Below, piece by piece: positions 37,801-46,527 of a stretch of 64,000 bases of DNA. The stretch is from contig JAHBXX010000002.1 of assembly GCA_019636245.1 (NCBI GenBank), positions 98,586-162,585 on the forward strand, given 5' to 3'. The notes under the pieces were generated by a model. That model was not told the DNA's origin and ran no database searches. It was given only the letters and a program-made list of their open reading frames with translations. Each line of letters starts with the position of its first letter. Within the stretch, counting starts at the first letter, position 1. The stretch comes from Planctomycetota bacterium (GTDB lineage Bacteria; Planctomycetota; UBA1135; UBA2386). The translations under genes and the position numbers were made by a program.

Positions 37801-39035
37801 AACAGGCCGTCGTCCGGGCGCAGGTAGATCGGCACCTGCACGACCCTGGCCCGGCTGCCCAGGCGGTTGTCGATGCCGATGCGCTTGCAGTGCGCGTGCA
37901 CCGGATCGTGTTCCTCGTCGAACAGGTTGTGCGTGCAGAGGCCGATCGGCGTGTTCGCCGGCGCGCCGGCGAGGCGGTCGATCAGCTCGGCGCGCATGCC
38001 GGAGTTGCCGGCCGGCACCAGCAGGAAGGCGACCAGCCGCCGGCCCTTGCGGCCCTGCAGCTGCGCCATCGCATCGAGCAGCAGCTCGATGCCCTTGTTG
38101 TGGAACTCGTAGCGGCCGGCGAGGGCGACGAACAGCGCGTCGCCGACGTCCTCGCCGAGCACCGCCCGGGCCACGCGCTCGAGCTGGCCGCGCATCGCGG
38201 CGCGATCGCCGGCGGCCAGTTCGTCGACGACGGCGAGGTCGATGCCGTTGGGCAGCAGCGGATCGACCTTGCGGCCGTGCAGCAGTTCGGCTTCGGCGGC
38301 GGTGATCGAGCTGACGGTCGTGAACACGTCGGCCTTGCGGGCGCAGACGCCCTCGATCGAGTGCTTGGCCTGCACGCCGTGCGAGCGGGCCAGGTCCTCC
38401 ACCGTCTTGCCGCCGAGGCCCTTGTCGGGCGCCGCCGGGTCGGGCGTGATGCCCAGCGACGCCAGCGCCCGGCCGAGCATCGTCGCGTGGGTCGTGAACA
38501 CGGTGCCGATGCTGGGGATGCGCTCCTGCAGGTGCAGCAGCGCCGCGCCCGTCATCCACTCGTGCGCCTGGACCACGGCACGGCGGTGGAACGGCGCCAG
38601 GAACTCCTCCCACCAGCGCTCGATCACCATGCCGGCGGCGACCGAGAACAGCACCGGTTCGACGTAGTCCCAGTCGCCGGCGATCGAGTCGACCTTGTGG
38701 CGCTCCCACAGGCCGGACAGGATGCCGTTCTTCTGCTCGAACAGGCCGGAGAAGCCGACCAGGATGCAGCGCGGCCGGCCGGGGATGCGCCAGCGGCCGA
38801 CCCGGATCGGCACACCGAGCTGGCGGCAGCTCTGGGCGAAGTCCTCGAAGCCGGGCTCCTCGTCGAACGGCGGCTGGTGGCCGGCCGCCAGCAGCTGCGG
38901 CCCGATCGTGATGTAGTCGTCGCCGAAGCGCTCGACCGCCGTCACCGCCTTGCTCGACAGCACCGTGTGGATGCCGCCGACCTTGTTGCACACCTCCCAA
39001 CTGATCTCGAACAGCTGGTACGAACGTTCCTGCAT
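34809..39035 (-). CDS. Fusion protein: GT3-type glycogen synthase (N) + DUF3417/GT35 alpha-glucan phosphorylase (C)
   Basis: The N-terminal ~600 aa, LFEISWEVCNKVGGIHTVLSSKA...AHEWMTG...FTTHATMLGR...YPSYYEPWGYTPQE, is eukaryote/Bacteroidota-type GT3. The C-terminal ~800 aa has LARNFWWVWN (DUF3417), YFSAEFG...LPIYSGGLGILAGDH, HMNEGHAAF, FTTHTPVPAGHD, GKAHP.D, EASGTSGMKAA (PLP Lys). It is one uninterrupted frame of 1408 codons from ATG 39035. Confidence 0.85.
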   Translation of the reverse strand: MQERSYQLFEISWEVCNKVGGIHTVLSSKAVTAVERFGDDYITIGPQLLAAGHQPPFDEEPGFEDFAQSCRQLGVPIRVGRWRIPGRPRCILVGFSGLFEQKNGILSGLWERHKVDSIAGDWDYVEPVLFSVAAGMVIERWWEEFLAPFHRRAVVQAHEWMTGAALLHLQERIPSIGTVFTTHATMLGRALASLGITPDPAAPDKGLGGKTVEDLARSHGVQAKHSIEGVCARKADVFTTVSSITAAEAELLHGRKVDPLLPNGIDLAVVDELAAGDRAAMRGQLERVARAVLGEDVGDALFVALAGRYEFHNKGIELLLDAMAQLQGRKGRRLVAFLLVPAGNSGMRAELIDRLAGAPANTPIGLCTHNLFDEEHDPVHAHCKRIGIDNRLGSRARVVQVPIYLRPDDGLFGREYESVLAAMDVGVYPSYYEPWGYTPQEALAVGIPTITTDLAGFGRWAVGAGLGPADGITVLRRERVPYQDVVVSLVEALEAQLAAGHAGPGLRERCRAAAGRTAWRDLYANYVRAYDQALHAVQLRSTSGVVQFRLPRRALPSPGSGTTPRLSPFEASATLPQSLRGLERLARNFWWVWNGGVRGLFEELAPGFGHSRENPVAFLQSVGLEALETKARDKNFLRRLQDVGKRFDDYMATAQQPLQLHGGDGPALNGAHPVAYFSAEFGVHHSLPIYSGGLGILAGDHLKSASDLGIPLVAVGLFYRFGYMSQQMSSDGQQIAADLENRPRQLALEVVRAADGRPLEISVPLPGREVFLRAWRAMVGRVPLYLLDANVTQNRPEDRDLTRNLYGGDVETRIQQEIVLGRGGVRLLRALGLRPAVYHMNEGHAAFLTLERTSRLVRGEGLSFEAAREYVAATTLFTTHTPVPAGHDRFAEDLMRRYFGDAEEWVGLPWDRFFALGQASGGTSEFNMTYLAMNFAGFVNGVSKLHGKASQKLLHAFWPGLLENEVPVAAITNGVHLATWTHAGIARLLRGDDGGIRPQDFARAAKVPRRDLWRVRQANKGLMLDAARDALTRHFHARGDSPVVLSAMLAGLDDKALYLGFARRFAPYKRAHLLFTDPERLRKILSNPERPVRLLVAGKAHPRDRMGQDIMKSIVQIARSPEFIGRVFFLEDYDMALARALVQGVDVWVNTPTRMEEASGTSGMKAAANGVLNLSIADGWWPEAADGGNGWTIGGSQVYGSHELQNQADATALYRLLEEEVVPSYFSRDKDGLPAAWMELVVHDLESVPTVFNTDRMVTDYLESAYRPLAANYFAQQAAKKAPARDLAKDFLRVRAGFDKVRITAATTVELQDFKVGQHLDVHLEVDLGPLQPGDVLVELVVTRGEAGSQQETVVVRLQHRGPKSGTVHQFDGGYRVELAGHYQHGMRVRVPARGGHDAKVRGLVLWA

Positions 39036-39037
39036 GG

Positions 39038-40246
39038 TCAGTGCTGCTTCTGCTTGGCTGCGACCTTCCGGACCTGCGCGCGCAGGTCGTCGAGAGCGGT
39101 CATCAGGGTCACGAACGCCGCGTGCGGCGAGTCGTAGGGACTGAAGTACTCGTGCACCTCGGCATCGCTGTGATGCTTCGTCGCGACGTAGTAGACGTGG
39201 TCGGAAGTGGTGAAGTGGCGCCAGATCGCCAGCAGTTCGGGGCGCTCGGCGGCGGCGGCGAGCACCTCGGACCGCAGCGCGTAGATCGCCTCGTTGGCCG
39301 CGACCTGCATCGGGTTGCCGAGCCAGGCCGACAGGTTGCGCTCGACGTCGGCCCACGACACCGGGTTCGGGATGTCCAGTTCGCCGATCGCCTCGCGCTC
39401 GGCGGCCACCTGCGCCGGCGTGCGGAAACGGAACCCTGGCTCCTGCAGCACCTGCTCGGGCAGGTGCTGCATGAAGTCGAGGATGCCGGTGTGCGCGCCC
39501 TGGTGCTCGCCGAAGGTCTCGTAGTCCATGAACAGACCGATGAACTGGGCCGGCGGAGGCACGTCGTGCAGCCACCCGGCGTAGGTATCGGCGAACAGCG
39601 GGTAGGAAGGCCACTTCCGGTTCGAGAACCGGAAGGCGATGTCGTCGGACAGCGAGTAGCTGCGCAGCAGCAGCTTGAGCCGCGCGCACCCCTTCGGCCG
39701 GTACGGCACCTGCGGGCTGCGCCAGCCGAGCAGCCGGTCGGCGCCCTCGCCGAGCATGCACTCGAAGCCGAGGTCCTCGACCTTGCGGCAGATGCGGTTG
39801 TCGAGGATCAGCTCGGTGTCGCGGAACGACGTCGGCGCGCCGAACAGGTCGGTGACGGTCCGGCGCTGCAGCTCGACCTGGTCGGCGAATTCGTCGAGGT
39901 CGGTGACCGCGGCGAGGCTGTGCTGGCTGGTCTCGCACAGGAACTCGACGTTGCCGGTCTCGGCGAGATCGACGAAGCTCTGCAGGGCGTCCGGCACCCA
40001 GTCGCGCAGCTGCTGGATCACCGTGCCCGACAGCGAGAAGGCGCAGCGGAACTGGCCGTCGGTGCGCTCGATCGCCGCCAACAGCAGGCGGTTCATCGGC
40101 AGGTAGCAGCGCTCGGCGACGCGCTCGGCGACCAGGCGGTTCAGCGGCGCGTCGAAGTAGTCGAGCTTGCGGATGCGATCACCCGGCTTCCACTTGCGCA
40201 GTCGGTAGGGCTGGTGCACCTGGAAGTAGAAGACCACGTCGATCAC
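39038..40246 (-). CDS. Glycoside hydrolase family 57 protein
   Basis: VVFYFQVHQPYRL, FSLSGTVIQQL, EFLCETSQHS and MDYETFGEH are GH57 conserved regions. GTG 40246 overlaps the upstream TGA (GTGA). Confidence 0.85.
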   Translation of the reverse strand: MIDVVFYFQVHQPYRLRKWKPGDRIRKLDYFDAPLNRLVAERVAERCYLPMNRLLLAAIERTDGQFRCAFSLSGTVIQQLRDWVPDALQSFVDLAETGNVEFLCETSQHSLAAVTDLDEFADQVELQRRTVTDLFGAPTSFRDTELILDNRICRKVEDLGFECMLGEGADRLLGWRSPQVPYRPKGCARLKLLLRSYSLSDDIAFRFSNRKWPSYPLFADTYAGWLHDVPPPAQFIGLFMDYETFGEHQGAHTGILDFMQHLPEQVLQEPGFRFRTPAQVAAEREAIGELDIPNPVSWADVERNLSAWLGNPMQVAANEAIYALRSEVLAAAAERPELLAIWRHFTTSDHVYYVATKHHSDAEVHEYFSPYDSPHAAFVTLMTALDDLRAQVRKVAAKQKQH

Positions 40247-42249
40247 GACGTGGCCTCCGCACCGGCCCCGGGCGGCGCATCGAGCAGCGCCAGGGCGCGC
40301 AGCAGCTCGCCGGTGTTCCACGCCTGCGCGAAGGTGCCGCCCGGCGCCTGCGGCAGGTCGCCGTCGAACACCTCGCTGACGTGGTCGAGACCGGCGCGGT
40401 CGAGCTCCGGCAGGAAGCCGTCGAGCCAGGCGCGCAGTTCGCGCCGCACCCGCGGCAGCGTCTTGCGGGTCGCCGCGCGCAGCGCCGCCTCGACGTAGAA
40501 GCCGCCGAGCCACGGCCAGGCCGTGCCCTGGTGGTAGGCGAGGTCGCGCGCCTCGACGCCGCCGCCGTAACGGCCGCGGTAGGCCGGATCCCGCGGCGCC
40601 AGCGTGCGCAGGCCGCGCGGGGTCAGCAGCTCGGCCGCGGCCTGCCGCACCACCGCCGCGCGCTGGGCGGCCTTCAGCGGCGACGCCGGCAGCGCCGCCG
40701 CCAGCACCATGTTCGGCCGCAGGCTCGGATCGGCCGCGCCGTGCTCGACGCGGTCGGCGAGCCGGCCGTGGTCCGCGAGCCAGAACCGGCGCACGAACGC
40801 CTCGCCGCAGCGGTCGCGGGCCGCGGCCCAGTCGCGGTCGCCGGCCTCGGCGAGCGACGCCAGCAGCGAGTACCACAGCGCCTGGATCTCGACCGGCAGA
40901 CCGGAACGCGGCGTCACCGGCCCGTGCTGGGTGCGGGCATCCATCCAGGTCGCATTGAGGTCGCGGCGGCCCGCCTGCAGCAGCCCTTCGGCGTCGACGG
41001 CGAGGCCGAGGTCGGTGCCCGCCGTGTAGTCGGCGGCGATGCGGCGCAACGCCGGCAGGAACTCCTCGCGCAGCCGTTCGCGGCTGCCGCCCGCGTCGGC
41101 CCAGCGCCGCACCGCCAGGGCGAACCACAACGCCGCGTCGCAGCTGCCGTAGTGGCTGTCGGCCGGCGTGCGACCGTAGATGTTCGGCAGCAGCCCACGG
41201 CGCAGGAACGGCAGCGCGCCGGCGAGCACGCGTTCGCACAGGTCGAGCCGACCGCGCGCCAGCGTCAGCCCCGGCAGCGCGACGAACACGTCGCGCCCCC
41301 ACTCGCCGAACCACGGGAACCCGGCCAGCACGCCCAGGCGCCCGCCCGGCGCCTCGTAGAGGAAGTGGTCGGCGCCGTGCGCGAGCCGGGCGCGCAGCGG
41401 ATCGGCGGCGTCCAGCGCGCGGGCCCGCTGCTGCGCCGCCGCCAACGCCGCCGCGAACGCCGGCCACGGCGCCGGCACGGCCTCGCCGAGCGCGAACGCG
41501 GCCACGGCCTCGCCGCCGGGCGGCAGGTCGAGCTCGAGCACGCCGGGGCTCCAGCGGTCGCCGACGTGGTCGTAGCCGCGCGCGCGGTCGGTGGCGTAGA
41601 GGAAGCCGCGGTACCAGGTCGGCTCGGCGCGGAAGGCGGCGACGCCGTCGACCGTGAGCCAGAGCGTCGGCAGCACCTGGCTGGGGCGGAACCCCCAGCT
41701 GGCGCCGGCCGCCGCCACCACGGGATCGAAGCCCGCATCGGCGGCCGGCAGGTGGTCGGCGTCGCAGAAGCCGAGCAGCGGCCGCACCGACAGGCGCAAC
41801 GGCTCGCCGCCGCGGTTGCGCCAGCGCACGAACAGCGCCGGCTCGCCGCCCCCGTCGCCGGCCGGCGCCAGCAGCACCGCACGTTCGATCGCGTGCCGGG
41901 CGGTGCGGAAGGTCCAGGTCGGGCAGGGCCGCAGGGCGAACGCCACCGCGGCCGGTGGCGCCTGGGGAGCGACCGCGCCCGCCCAATGCGCGTGCAGCAG
42001 CGACACCGCCGCGTCGTCCTGGCCGAGACGCTCGTCGAGGCCGGCCACGGCGAGGCAACGCCGGGCCGAGTCGGGCGGCCGAGCGACCCACAGGCCGTGG
42101 TAGCGGCGCTGCGGCAGGTCGGCGACGGTGCCGCACGCGTAGCCGCCGCGGCCGTCGACCTGCAACCACTCGGCGTCGGCCGGCCACGGCTCGCCGCCGA
42201 CGGCGGTCTCGGCAGCGGAGGGACCAACGCGGGACTGGGCTTCGGCCAT
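40243..42249 (-). CDS. Glycogen debranching enzyme (amylo-alpha-1,6-glucosidase, archaeal/bacterial GDE type)
   Basis: RRYHGLWV, GFPWFGEWGRDVFVALPGL, LPNIYG, NATWMDA, VEIQALWY, YHQGTAWPWLGG and FAQAWNTGELLRA are present. The track ORF is trimmed to ATG 42249. Confidence 0.85.
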   Translation of the reverse strand: MAEAQSRVGPSAAETAVGGEPWPADAEWLQVDGRGGYACGTVADLPQRRYHGLWVARPPDSARRCLAVAGLDERLGQDDAAVSLLHAHWAGAVAPQAPPAAVAFALRPCPTWTFRTARHAIERAVLLAPAGDGGGEPALFVRWRNRGGEPLRLSVRPLLGFCDADHLPAADAGFDPVVAAAGASWGFRPSQVLPTLWLTVDGVAAFRAEPTWYRGFLYATDRARGYDHVGDRWSPGVLELDLPPGGEAVAAFALGEAVPAPWPAFAAALAAAQQRARALDAADPLRARLAHGADHFLYEAPGGRLGVLAGFPWFGEWGRDVFVALPGLTLARGRLDLCERVLAGALPFLRRGLLPNIYGRTPADSHYGSCDAALWFALAVRRWADAGGSRERLREEFLPALRRIAADYTAGTDLGLAVDAEGLLQAGRRDLNATWMDARTQHGPVTPRSGLPVEIQALWYSLLASLAEAGDRDWAAARDRCGEAFVRRFWLADHGRLADRVEHGAADPSLRPNMVLAAALPASPLKAAQRAAVVRQAAAELLTPRGLRTLAPRDPAYRGRYGGGVEARDLAYHQGTAWPWLGGFYVEAALRAATRKTLPRVRRELRAWLDGFLPELDRAGLDHVSEVFDGDLPQAPGGTFAQAWNTGELLRALALLDAPPGAGAEATS

Positions 42250-42405
42250 CGAGATCGGAACCGGCGGGCGGCTGCGGGCGGTGCAGCCTACGTCGGACCC
42301 GGGCGGTATCAACGACCGATCACGGGCGGATTCCCGGACGGGATCTGTCCCCCGCCGCGCGGCAGTTGCATCCTTGTGCCACCTCGCCCGGCGGCCACCG
42401 GGCCG

Positions 42406-43656
42406 ATGCCCTCGCCCATGGTCACGCTCGACCTCAAGAACACGCTCGCGTTCATCCTCGCCGGCGGCGAAGGCAGCCGCCTGAAGCCGCTGACGCAGTT
42501 CCGCGCCAAGCCGGCGGTGCCGTTCGGCGGCAACTACCGCATCATCGACTTCACGCTCAGCAACTGCATCCACTCCGGCCTGCGCCGCATCCACCTGCTG
42601 ACGCAGTACCAGGCGCGCTCGCTCGAGGAGCACATCCGCTTCGGCTGGAACTTCCTGCCGCGCCGGCTCGAGCAGTGGATCACCTGCACGCCGCCCCACC
42701 ACGTGACCGTCGGTCGGTGGTACCGCGGCACGGCCGACGCGATCTTCCAGAACCTCGACACGATCCGCGACTGGGAGCCGCCGACGGTCGTCGTGCTGTC
42801 CGGCGACCACATCTACCAGATGGACTACCGCGACATGCTGCGCGAGCACGTCGAGCACGAAGCGGCCCTGACGATCGGCGCGGTGCGCATCCGCGCCGAG
42901 GAAGCGCACCAGTTCGGCGTCCTGCAGGTGGCGGCCGACGGCCGCGTCACCGGCTTCGTCGAGAAGCCGAAGCACGACGCGCCGCAGATCCCCGGCGATC
43001 CGGGCCACTGCCTCGCGTCGATGGGCATCTACGTGTTCGAGACCGGCGAGCTGATCGGGCGGCTGGTCGAGGACAACCGCATGCCCGAGGGCCATGGCGG
43101 CGACTTCGGCCACCACGTGATCCCGCGCATGATCGGCGCGGTGCCCGTCTACGCGCACATGTACCGCGGCATCGAGGGCGAGAAGGACCCGTACTGGCGC
43201 GACGTCGGCACGATCGAGGCCTACTTCGACGCCAACATGGACCTGTGCAGCGTCAAGCCGCAGCTGAACCTCTACCGCGAGGACTGGCCGACCTACACGC
43301 TGTGGCACAACGACCCGCCGGCGAAGACCGTCTTCTCGGAGCCGGGCGAGGGACGCCGCGCCGAGGTGCAGGACTCGCTGCTGAGCCCCGGCGTGGTCGT
43401 GTCCGGCGCCAAGGTGCGCCGTTCGCTGCTCAGCAACCGGGTGCGCGTCGACGAGCACAGCCAGCTGGACGAGTGCATCGTCCTGCGCGGCGCGCAGATC
43501 GGCAGGCACTGCCGGCTCAAGCGCACGATCGTGGACAAGTGGAACAAGGTCCCCGACGGCACCGTGATCGGCTACGACCAGGAGCAGGACCGGCAGCGCT
43601 TCGCGGTGTCGCCGACGGGCATCGTCGTGGTGCCGCACGGGCACCCCTGGAGCTGA
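42406..43656 (+). CDS. glgC: Glucose-1-phosphate adenylyltransferase
   Basis: AFILAGGEGSRLKPLT..RAKPAVPFGG.YRIIDFTLSNC, WYRGTADA, LSGDHIYQMDY, ASMGIYVF and YWRDVGT are present, with a beta-helix C-terminus. The alternative start is ATG 42418. Confidence 0.92.
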   Translation: MPSPMVTLDLKNTLAFILAGGEGSRLKPLTQFRAKPAVPFGGNYRIIDFTLSNCIHSGLRRIHLLTQYQARSLEEHIRFGWNFLPRRLEQWITCTPPHHVTVGRWYRGTADAIFQNLDTIRDWEPPTVVVLSGDHIYQMDYRDMLREHVEHEAALTIGAVRIRAEEAHQFGVLQVAADGRVTGFVEKPKHDAPQIPGDPGHCLASMGIYVFETGELIGRLVEDNRMPEGHGGDFGHHVIPRMIGAVPVYAHMYRGIEGEKDPYWRDVGTIEAYFDANMDLCSVKPQLNLYREDWPTYTLWHNDPPAKTVFSEPGEGRRAEVQDSLLSPGVVVSGAKVRRSLLSNRVRVDEHSQLDECIVLRGAQIGRHCRLKRTIVDKWNKVPDGTVIGYDQEQDRQRFAVSPTGIVVVPHGHPWS

Positions 43657-43665
43657 GGCCCGGCG

Positions 43666-44868
43666 TCAGCGCAGGGCCGGAGCCAGTTCGGCGGCCAGCC
43701 AGCGGCCGACGACCTCGTTGCCGCGCACGCTGAGGTGGCCGCCATCGGCGATGAAGAGCCCGTTCGGGTCGGGCTCGGCGGCCAGGACCGGCGTCGCGTC
43801 GAGCACCCGGACGCCGAGCTCGCGCGCGACCGCCGCCCAGCGTTCCTGCGCCAGGCCGCGGCGGAAGTCCGCCGGCGCGAAGCCGAGTTCCGCCAGGCGC
43901 GCCAGCCGCCGGCCCTCGTCGACCTGCCAGACGGTCGGCAGGATCACGAACCACAGCGGCCGGGCGCCGGCCAGCCCCTTCGCCCGCTGCAACGAGTCGC
44001 GCAGCGCCTGCAGCACGCGCGGGATCACCGGCGGCGCGCCGGCCGGCCACGCGGCGTTGGCGTCGGCGACGTCGAGGAACAGCCCCGCGTGCTGCTGGGC
44101 ATCCGGCGGGAAGCCTGCCGTGCGCGCGAGGTCCTCGGCGTCGGGCGCCAGCTGCGCCAGCGGCGACCACTGCGGCCGGTTGGTGAAGATCCAGGTCTCG
44201 AACCACAGCGCCGCGCGCGAACGCAGCGCCAGCCGCGCCCGCCACGACGTGTGCACCAGGCGGGCCATCGGCCCCTGCAGCAGGAGCCCGGCGTAGACCG
44301 TGCGCCGCGGGCTGACGTCGTCCATCGCGTCGTTGCCGAGGAAGCCGCACAGCACGAACGCGTCGGCGCCGAACGGCCCATCCAGGCGTGCCATGTGCGC
44401 CACCGCGTGCCGGCTGCCGTAGCCGGGCACGCCGCCGTTGCCGACGGCGACCGGCACGCCGCCCGCGCGCAGTTCCTGCTCCAGCCGGGCCGGCAGCGCC
44501 TGCCCGGCCTCGACGCCGTAGCCGAACACCAGCGAGTCGCCGACGACCAGCAGGCGGCGCTCGCCCGGCCGCCTGGGGCCGGGGTCGACGCCGCGCAGCC
44601 CGAGCGAGTCGATCGCCACCGCCGTCGTCACGTCGGAGTCGCCGATGCGGAGCGTGCCGCGGTAGCCCGGCCGCAGCGCCGTGTCCTGGTCGGGCGTGGC
44701 GACGTACATGCCCGCCTGCTGGAACTCGGCGAAGCCCGGCGGCAGCGTCCAGAAGCACCGGAACGCCAGTTCGGCCAGCAGCGCCGCGCCGACGAGACCG
44801 AGCAGCAGCGCGACCAGGACGAACGACCAACGGCGCCGCCGTCGCGCCGGCGCGGCGGGCGCGGTCAC
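43666..44868 (-). CDS. Membrane-anchored SGNH/GDSL-family hydrolase
   Basis: The N-terminal TM segment is WSFVLVALLLGLVGAALLAELAF. Block I is LVVGDSLVFGYG, block II GNGGVPGYG, block III GFLGNDAMD and block V ADGGHLS. GTG 44868 overlaps the cytochrome TGA (GTGA). Confidence 0.72.
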   Translation of the reverse strand: MTAPAAPARRRRRWSFVLVALLLGLVGAALLAELAFRCFWTLPPGFAEFQQAGMYVATPDQDTALRPGYRGTLRIGDSDVTTAVAIDSLGLRGVDPGPRRPGERRLLVVGDSLVFGYGVEAGQALPARLEQELRAGGVPVAVGNGGVPGYGSRHAVAHMARLDGPFGADAFVLCGFLGNDAMDDVSPRRTVYAGLLLQGPMARLVHTSWRARLALRSRAALWFETWIFTNRPQWSPLAQLAPDAEDLARTAGFPPDAQQHAGLFLDVADANAAWPAGAPPVIPRVLQALRDSLQRAKGLAGARPLWFVILPTVWQVDEGRRLARLAELGFAPADFRRGLAQERWAAVARELGVRVLDATPVLAAEPDPNGLFIADGGHLSVRGNEVVGRWLAAELAPALR

Positions 44869-46517
44869 CGTTCGCGCGCCTCGGAGCGCGCCGCCACGCC
44901 CGCGGTGTCCGGCGTCTTGTCGGCGGCGTCGTACATCGCCACGAAGCTGCGGCACTCGTCCGCGTCGACGGCGCGCAGCGGATCGACCCAGTGCGGCGGG
45001 ATCGACTGGTAACGCACCCACGCGACCACCGACGCCGGAGGCGCCGCGTCCGCCAGCGGCACGGCGAAGTGCACCACGTCGCCGCCGGCGGCGAAGTCCT
45101 GGTCACCGTCGATGCCGACCGGGGCGGTGTCCTCGGCGTGCGGCCCGTCGGCACGCCAGCCGCGCGGCAGCAGGCGCGTGTCCTTGTGCCGACGGTGCAT
45201 GCGCGACAGGTGGGTCGTCGGCGCGCCCGCCTCGTCGACGGCGACCAGCTCCCACACCACGACCTGCTCCGGGGAGGTCACCCGGGCATGGTGCGGCTGC
45301 CGCAGCTCGTCGGCGACGCCGGCCAGGCGCCCGTCCCGGGTCCAGCCGCCGCTGTCGAACACGACGTCGCCGGCGCGCACCTGCACCTGCAGCCAGGCGC
45401 GCCGCGACGGGTAGCCGGTCGGGAACTTGTGGCCGGTCAGGTTGTCGACGCGCACCGCGAAGTGCAGCGCGCCGTCCCGGCGCACCAGTTCGCCGATCGA
45501 CACCGCGACCGTCTCCTCGGCGAGCAGCCGCCGCGACGCGATCGCGTTCCGTCGCAGCGCCGAGGCGTCGGCGGTGACGCCGAGCGCCTCGCGGTTGGCC
45601 GCCAGCAGGTCGAGCAGGAAGGCGTTGCCGCCGACGAACGCGTGCGACCGGTAGCCCTCGCGCACCGGGATCAGGAAGTCGCGCCCGCCCGGATTGCGGG
45701 CGATGCGCGTGCGGCCGAGTTCGGCCATGTGGCATTGCTGGCAGGTCCGCGACGTCGCGGTCGTCCCCCGCTCGTCGTCGAACTCGCTGTTGCGCCACTC
45801 GAGGTAGGGCGTCTGCTCGGGGAACCGCACGCCGGTGTGGCCGGTGTGCAGCGTGTGGCAGCTGCCGCACATCGCCGACGTGCGCACGTGCGCGCCGTGC
45901 TGGACCTCGTAGCTGGTGTGCATGCGCATCGGCCCCGCCACCGGCTCCTCGTAGGGGCCGAAGATGCGCCGCCCCTTGTCGATCTTCACCTTGCCCGCGA
46001 AGGTCGCCTCGGTGCCGAGTCCCTCCGGCTGGACCTGGTGGCACACCGTGCACGAGACGCCATCCTGCGCCAGCGGGTCGGCGGCGGCGGCGGCGACGGC
46101 GATCGGCCCCTGGCCGGCCAGCCGCCGGCTGTGGTGCAGCATCGGCGCGTGGCAGCGCAGGCACAGGGCCTGCACGTCCTCGGCGGCGCCCGCGTCGTCG
46201 GCGGCGGCGACCTCCTTGGCGACCTGGGCGCGCCAGTAGGGATCGCGGAAGCTGTTGGCCATCACCGATGCCTGCCACAGCGCGTGCGGCGACACGTCCG
46301 CGCCGGTCGGGTCGCGCATCGCCGTGGCCCGCGGGGCCGCGCTGTGGCACATCGCGCAGCCGTCGCCGGTCGCGAAGGCCTCGTTCTGGGCCACAGGCCG
46401 CACGGGGCCGCGCCACTGCGGCCCGCGGCCGAGCGGCGGCTTGTCGACCGGATCCTGGGCCAGGGTGGCCAGCCCGCAGGCGAACACGATCGAGGCGACC
46501 ACCGAAGCGGCATGCAT
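44865..46517 (-). CDS. Secreted multihaem (five CxxCH) c-type cytochrome with non-haem C-terminal domain
   Basis: The signal peptide is MHAASVVASIVFACGLATLAQD. The haem motifs are CAMCH, CLRCH, CTVCH, CGSCH and CQQCH. The C-terminal ~250 aa contain NLTGHKFPTGYPSRRAWL. Confidence 0.85.
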   Translation of the reverse strand: MHAASVVASIVFACGLATLAQDPVDKPPLGRGPQWRGPVRPVAQNEAFATGDGCAMCHSAAPRATAMRDPTGADVSPHALWQASVMANSFRDPYWRAQVAKEVAAADDAGAAEDVQALCLRCHAPMLHHSRRLAGQGPIAVAAAAADPLAQDGVSCTVCHQVQPEGLGTEATFAGKVKIDKGRRIFGPYEEPVAGPMRMHTSYEVQHGAHVRTSAMCGSCHTLHTGHTGVRFPEQTPYLEWRNSEFDDERGTTATSRTCQQCHMAELGRTRIARNPGGRDFLIPVREGYRSHAFVGGNAFLLDLLAANREALGVTADASALRRNAIASRRLLAEETVAVSIGELVRRDGALHFAVRVDNLTGHKFPTGYPSRRAWLQVQVRAGDVVFDSGGWTRDGRLAGVADELRQPHHARVTSPEQVVVWELVAVDEAGAPTTHLSRMHRRHKDTRLLPRGWRADGPHAEDTAPVGIDGDQDFAAGGDVVHFAVPLADAAPPASVVAWVRYQSIPPHWVDPLRAVDADECRSFVAMYDAADKTPDTAGVAARSEARER

Positions 46518-46527
46518 CGGCGAGCGC

